Positions 59,981 through 64,000 of a stretch of 64,000 nucleotides of DNA are shown here, one piece after another. Below the pieces are notes generated by a model. That model was given only the letters and a program-made list of their open reading frames with translations, had not been told where the DNA came from and searched no databases. Where the stretch lies: the NCBI GenBank assembly GCA_963727505.1, contig CAVSGP010000002.1, positions 96,001-160,000 on the forward strand, in the 5' to 3' direction. Made by a program: the position numbers and the translations under genes. Each line of letters opens with the position of its first letter. The first letter of the stretch is position 1. The stretch is from an uncultured Trueperaceae bacterium. Its GTDB lineage: Bacteria; Deinococcota; Deinococci; Deinococcales; Trueperaceae.

Positions 59981-60631
59981 GTGATACGGCTTCTCGATCG
60001 CCTGGTACGCGGCAAGTGGTTCTACGTGCTGGCCGTCGTGCTGTTCCGCGCCTTCACGCGCCTGTTCTACGGCCTGCGCGTGGAGGACGCTCACAAGGTG
60101 CCGCAGGGCGGCCGCGGGCTGGTGGTGGCCTGCAACCACTTCAGCTCCTGGGATCCGCCCGTGATGGGGGTATCGGTGCCCCGCGAGATCCACTTCATGG
60201 CCAAGAAGGAGCTCTTCGAGAGCACCGGCGGCGCCCTGCTGATGCACGGGCTGCGCGCCTTCCCCGTCGACCGGACCACCAACGATATCGGCGCCATCAA
60301 GGACGCGCTGCGCCAGCTCCGGGGCGGCCTGGCCATCGGCATCTTCGCCCAGGGCACCCGCAACAGCGGGGACAAGGAGGCCCTCGACGGCGCCGCCTAC
60401 CTTGCACAGCGCGCCGGCGTGCCCCTGCAGCCGGCAGCGGTGTGGCGGGAGGGGCGGACCTTCCACGTGCGCTTCGGCGACCCGATCGAAGCGGGCGGAC
60501 GGAAGCGCGAGGACGCCCGCCGGATGACCCGCGAGCTGATGGCGCGCGTGAACGCCATGTTGCCGTCCAGGACACCACTTCTGCAGGAGGATGAGGCACC
60601 CGCCGACGAGCGCGAGGTCGTCTCCGGATAG
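59981..60631 (+). CDS. 1-acyl-sn-glycerol-3-phosphate acyltransferase (PlsC-like)
   Basis: NHFSSWD, FMAKKELF, PVDR and FAQGTR (usually FPEGTR). TACAAT 6 nt before the GTG. Confidence 0.88.
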   Translation: MIRLLDRLVRGKWFYVLAVVLFRAFTRLFYGLRVEDAHKVPQGGRGLVVACNHFSSWDPPVMGVSVPREIHFMAKKELFESTGGALLMHGLRAFPVDRTTNDIGAIKDALRQLRGGLAIGIFAQGTRNSGDKEALDGAAYLAQRAGVPLQPAAVWREGRTFHVRFGDPIEAGGRKREDARRMTRELMARVNAMLPSRTPLLQEDEAPADEREVVSG

Positions 60632-60685
60632 GCTCGTCCACAGCGGCACTTCCGCGTGAAAAATCCGATAAACCCCGTGACAGAC

Positions 60686-60714
60686 TTGCTCTTCTAGCAC
60701 CCTTCTGCTACAGT
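60686..60714 (+). promoter_or_regulatory. Promoter of the HU gene
   Basis: TTGCTC, 17-nt spacer, TACAGT with an extended TG. Confidence 0.6.
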
Positions 60715-60750
60715 GCACGCAAGCTCAAGGATTCGAGGAGGAGGAGTCGA

Positions 60751-61044
60751 ATGGCCAAGGCAAAGACCGTGTCCAAGGCGGACCTCGTCGATATGGTAGC
60801 CGACGAGACCGGAATGAAGAAGAAGGACGTCAAGGAAGTCATGGACACCATGCTGGGCAAGATCAGCACGCACCTGGACAACAACTTCAAGGTGCAGCTG
60901 ACCGGTTTCGGCACCTTCGAGGTCCGTCGCCGCAAGGCGCGTACCGGTGTCAAGCCCGGGACCACCGAGAAGATCAAGATCCCGGCCAGCAAGTACCCTG
61001 CCTTCAAGCCCGGCAAGAGCCTCAAGGAGCGCGTGCGCCAGTAA
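60751..61044 (+). CDS. hup: HU family DNA-binding protein
   Basis: VQLTGFGTFEV..ARTG..P and PAFKPGKSLK motifs. Strong GGAGGAG RBS. Confidence 0.95.
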   Translation: MAKAKTVSKADLVDMVADETGMKKKDVKEVMDTMLGKISTHLDNNFKVQLTGFGTFEVRRRKARTGVKPGTTEKIKIPASKYPAFKPGKSLKERVRQ

Positions 61045-61084
61045 GCTCTCCTCCGGCACGAAGAAGACGAACACCAGAACGAAC

Positions 61085-61113
61085 AGGGGCGGCCCCGCGG
61101 GGTCGCCCCTTCT
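61085..61113 (+). terminator. Terminator hairpin after HU
   Basis: AGGGGCGGCCC-CGCG-GGGTCGCCCCT followed by TCT. Confidence 0.6.
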
Positions 61114-61174
61114 CCATCCCGGCGCCCAGCGGCGGGCGCCGCCTGGAGGCGGGCAGCGCCTCAGCGGCGCGACT

Positions 61175-61558
61175 TCAGCCACCCCGCTGCCACAGGTCGC
61201 TCGCCAGCCAGGCCAGCGCACCGAGCACCAACGCTCCATCGAGCAGGCCTACCGGCACCGCACCTCGACCGAGCGCGTGGAAGACCATCGCGAGGATGCC
61301 GGTGGCGACCACCAGCACCACGAAGCCGTTGCGCGCGGCTCGATCGGCGATCTCGCGGCCCCGTTCGTCGCGCCGGACGACCGCTCCGTTGGCGCCGGTG
61401 AGGTAGCGGCCACTACGCCGGGCCACCATCAGAACGACGAAGCTCAGGCCCCCGAAGACGCCGGCCAGGTACCAGGAGCCACCCACGAGCCCGGCCAGGG
61501 CGGCCAGCGCGGTGGCAACGAGCAGGCGGATCGCCACATTCCGGACGGACATGTTCAT
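61175..61558 (-). CDS. Small membrane protein, DUF2178-like
   Basis: DER..I..RAARNGF motif between TM helices. ATGA overlap with the XRE gene. Confidence 0.75.
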   Translation of the reverse strand: MNMSVRNVAIRLLVATALAALAGLVGGSWYLAGVFGGLSFVVLMVARRSGRYLTGANGAVVRRDERGREIADRAARNGFVVLVVATGILAMVFHALGRGAVPVGLLDGALVLGALAWLASDLWQRGG

Positions 61559-61827
61559 GCCGCTTCCCCTTCCGCTCGGTCGAGCCAGAACAGGCGCTCG
61601 ACCGCGATCGACAGCTCCTGGGCCAGGAGGAGCGCCAGCGCCACCGAGGGCACGTACCCCCCGCGCTCGATGGAGATGATGGTCTGCCGGGTGACGCCGA
61701 CCCGCTCCGCCAGCGCGGCCTGGGTGAGCTCGGCCGCGGTGCGCCGCTCGCGCACGCCGTTGCGAAGCCCGCCTTCGCGCGGCGAGCGGTTGCGTGGCGG
61801 AGAGGGGGATCGGCGTGCGCTCCTCAT
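61555..61827 (-). CDS. XRE/HTH_3 transcriptional regulator
   Basis: LTQAALAERVGVTRQTIISIERGGYVPS..LA..LF motif. Confidence 0.92.
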   Translation of the reverse strand: MRSARRSPSPPRNRSPREGGLRNGVRERRTAAELTQAALAERVGVTRQTIISIERGGYVPSVALALLLAQELSIAVERLFWLDRAEGEAA

Positions 61828-61878
61828 GTCAAAGATACTTTACATTCGCACCCCCTGAATGTCAAGGGGCTTTTACAT
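61826..61878 (-). promoter_or_regulatory. Promoter (TTGACA-17-TAAAGT) overlapped by two 20-bp palindromic operators
   Basis: ATGTCAAAGATACTTTACAT (61826-61845) and ATGTCAAGGGGCTTTTACAT (61859-61878). Confidence 0.75.
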
Positions 61879-61961
61879 TCTCGGGCGGCGGCGCCGTCGT
61901 CGGCGCGCGACCGTCGCTCGGAGGCGCACCGAAAGCGCGAACACGGGTATAGCATGGGCGC

Positions 61962-62705
61962 GTGGGTCTCCTCGACATGGTCGGCCCGGTCATGGTGGGG
62001 CCGTCGAGTTCGCACACGGCCGGCGCCTGCCGGCTGGCGCTGCTGGCGCGGCACACGCTGATCGACCCGCCACGACGCGCGCGTGTCACTCTGCACGGCT
62101 CGTTCGCCAAGACGGCGCACGGGCACGGCACCGACGTGGCGTTGACGGGCGGGCTACTGGGGTTCTTCCCCGACGATCCCCGTATCCCCGACGCATTCGC
62201 CCAGGCCGAGGCGGCGGGGCTCGTGCTCACCTTCGAGACCGCCGACCTCGGCGACGTGCACCCCAACACCGTGCGCCTGGAGTTGTCGAACGACGACGAG
62301 GCGCTCGAGGTGACCGGCTCGAGCCTCGGGGCCGGCATGGTGCGCATGTTCAACGTGCGCGGCTTCGAGGTGAACGTCACCGGCGCCTACCACACGCTGC
62401 TGGTGCTGCATGACGACAAGCCCGGCATCATCGCGCGCGTTGCGCGCGTGATCGCCGACGACGAAGGCAACGTTGCCACCCTGCACTCGGCCCGGCGCAA
62501 GCGCGGCGGGCTGGCGCTGATGTCGATCGAGATCGATCGGCGCCTGGCACAGTACGCGCTCGACTACCTCACGCACGTGCCCTACATCCACTGGCTGCGC
62601 ATGCTGCCCGAGGTGATGAGCGGCGAGGACGTGGAGGTCGGCGCAGAGGTCGGCGCAGAGGTCGGCGCGGAGGTCGGCGCCGGGGCCGACGCGGAGACGT
62701 CGTGA
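61962..62705 (+). CDS. sdaAB: L-serine dehydratase beta subunit
   Basis: [24 protein letters not shown] and an ACT-like C-terminus. Confidence 0.94.
   Translation: MGLLDMVGPVMVGPSSSHTAGACRLALLARHTLIDPPRRARVTLHGSFAKTAHGHGTDVALTGGLLGFFPDDPRIPDAFAQAEAAGLVLTFETADLGDVHPNTVRLELSNDDEALEVTGSSLGAGMVRMFNVRGFEVNVTGAYHTLLVLHDDKPGIIARVARVIADDEGNVATLHSARRKRGGLALMSIEIDRRLAQYALDYLTHVPYIHWLRMLPEVMSGEDVEVGAEVGAEVGAEVGAGADAETS
62634..62681 (+). repeat. 4 x 12-bp tandem repeat GAGGTCGGCGCN encoding (EVGA)4
   Basis: Read directly from the sequence. Confidence 0.9.
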
Positions 62706-63544
62706 CCCTCGCGGAGCTGGCCGCCGCTCCCGGCAGGGCCTCGGAACTGGCGCTCGCCGACGAGGTCGGCGCCGATCGCGCCGAACGCGAGCGGGTTCTG
62801 ACGGGTATGCGCGAGCGCATCCGGGCGATGCGCGACTCGATCGAGCGCGGACTCGCCTCCGAGGAGCCCAGCCGTACCGGCATGGTGGGCTGGAACGCCA
62901 AGGGGTTGTGGGAGGCCGACGACGCCCTCCGGACGCCCCTGCTCAAGCGCGTCCAGGCCTACGCCATGGCCGTCAACGAGGAGAACGCCCGCATGGGACG
63001 GATCGTGGCGGCCCCCACCGCCGGCAGCGCCGGCACCGTTCCCGGCGCCCTGCTGGGCGTCGCCGACCATCTGGGCCTCGATGACGACGCTCTGGTCCTG
63101 CCGCTGGTGCTCGCAGCGGCCGTCGGCGACGCCATCCAGGCGAAGATGTTCATCGCCGGCTCGACCGGCGGCTGTCAGGCCGAGATCGGCTCGTCCGCCG
63201 CCATGGCGGCGGCGGCCGTCACCGAGCTCCTGGGGGGCGACGCCCACGCCAGCATCCAGGCAGCTGCCATGGCCCTCATGAACACCATCGGCCTTGTGTG
63301 CGATCCCGTGGGCGGCTACGTCGAAGTGCCGTGCGTGTCCCGCAACGCCTTCTACAGCGTGCACGCCGTCAGCTCGGCCCAGCTCGCACTGGCCGGCCTG
63401 ACCTCGGTCATCCCACCGGACGAGGTGGTGCAGGCGATGGCGTCGGTCGGCCGGATGCTGCCTCCGGAGCTACGGGAGACCGGCGAGGGCGGCATCGCCG
63501 ACACCGAGACCGGCCGCCGCATCGCACTCAAGCTGGCCCGCTGA
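62702..63544 (+). CDS. sdaAA: L-serine dehydratase alpha subunit
   Basis: [26 protein letters not shown] and RETGEGG motifs. GTGA overlap. Confidence 0.94.
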   Translation: MTLAELAAAPGRASELALADEVGADRAERERVLTGMRERIRAMRDSIERGLASEEPSRTGMVGWNAKGLWEADDALRTPLLKRVQAYAMAVNEENARMGRIVAAPTAGSAGTVPGALLGVADHLGLDDDALVLPLVLAAAVGDAIQAKMFIAGSTGGCQAEIGSSAAMAAAAVTELLGGDAHASIQAAAMALMNTIGLVCDPVGGYVEVPCVSRNAFYSVHAVSSAQLALAGLTSVIPPDEVVQAMASVGRMLPPELRETGEGGIADTETGRRIALKLAR

Positions 63545-63700
63545 GACGGCGCTCGCGGTCTCGCGGGGCGCGCGGACGTGTCGGCCGCGGTACCCGGGCG
63601 ACCTGTCGCGTCGCGTAGCTTCGCGTGACGGGGCCCGCGCTCGGCGCGCCCCGCTGAACGTCCCCGTTCGCACGCTCCCCGTGAGGAGGTGGACGCCGCA

Positions 63701-64000
63701 ATGGACCGCCCACGCGTGATCATCGTCGGAGCCGGGTTCGCGGGCTTGAACGCCGCGAAGGAGTTGAAGGACGCACCCGTCGACGTACTGATCGTTGACC
63801 AGCACAACTACCACACCTTCCAGCCGCTGCTCTACCAGGTGGCCACCGCCGGCCTCGACGTCAGCGACGTAGCCCACCAGGTGCGCACCATCTTCCGGCG
63901 CCAGGGCAACCTGCGCTTCCGCCAGGGCACCGTTTCCGGCGTCGACTGGGACGCCGGGGAGCTCGAGCTCGCCGACGGCGACCGGCTGGCGTTCGACTCC
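63701..64000 (+). CDS. NDH-2-like NAD(P)/FAD-dependent oxidoreductase, 3'-truncated by the window edge
   Basis: MDRPRVIIVGAGFAGL..VDQHNYHTFQPLLYQVATAGL. GGAGG RBS. Confidence 0.9.
   Translation, partial: MDRPRVIIVGAGFAGLNAAKELKDAPVDVLIVDQHNYHTFQPLLYQVATAGLDVSDVAHQVRTIFRRQGNLRFRQGTVSGVDWDAGELELADGDRLAFDS

Overview
Very GC-rich (about 70% or more by eye), gene-dense chromosomal segment with about 61 protein genes. It is most consistent with a Deinococcota bacterium, probably Truepera-like. This is an inference from the combination of bshB1, lnt, sufCBD-Rieske, trmFO, a DR2231-type MazG protein and many leaderless genes. Content is mostly housekeeping: plsY, coaD, hslO, holA, comEA/comEC, sodA, aroE, ltaE, trmFO, htpG, lnt, trkAH, acs, ispF, sufCBD, uvrA, HU and sdaAB/sdaAA. 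It also carries signalling genes (two c-di-GMP enzymes, two Ser/Thr kinases, a MalT-like regulator, an XRE regulator). I found no rRNA, tRNA, CRISPR array, transposase, integrase, prophage or recognisable defence system. The most notable items are: (1) a sensor-less MalT/STAND-LuxR regulator followed by phased GG(A/G)TGA boxes and two DUF4342 paralogues; (2) a minimal non-RD kinase between comEC and holA; (3) an in-frame trmFO/Ser-Thr dehydratase fusion that looks caused by one extra base; (4) a rod-like structured RNA candidate upstream of trmFO; (5) a pseudo-receiver/DUF4388/roadblock-like protein; (6) a membrane protein with an unrecognised internal repeat; (7) pervasive leaderless gene starts. 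All family calls come from motif recognition by eye; no database search was run.
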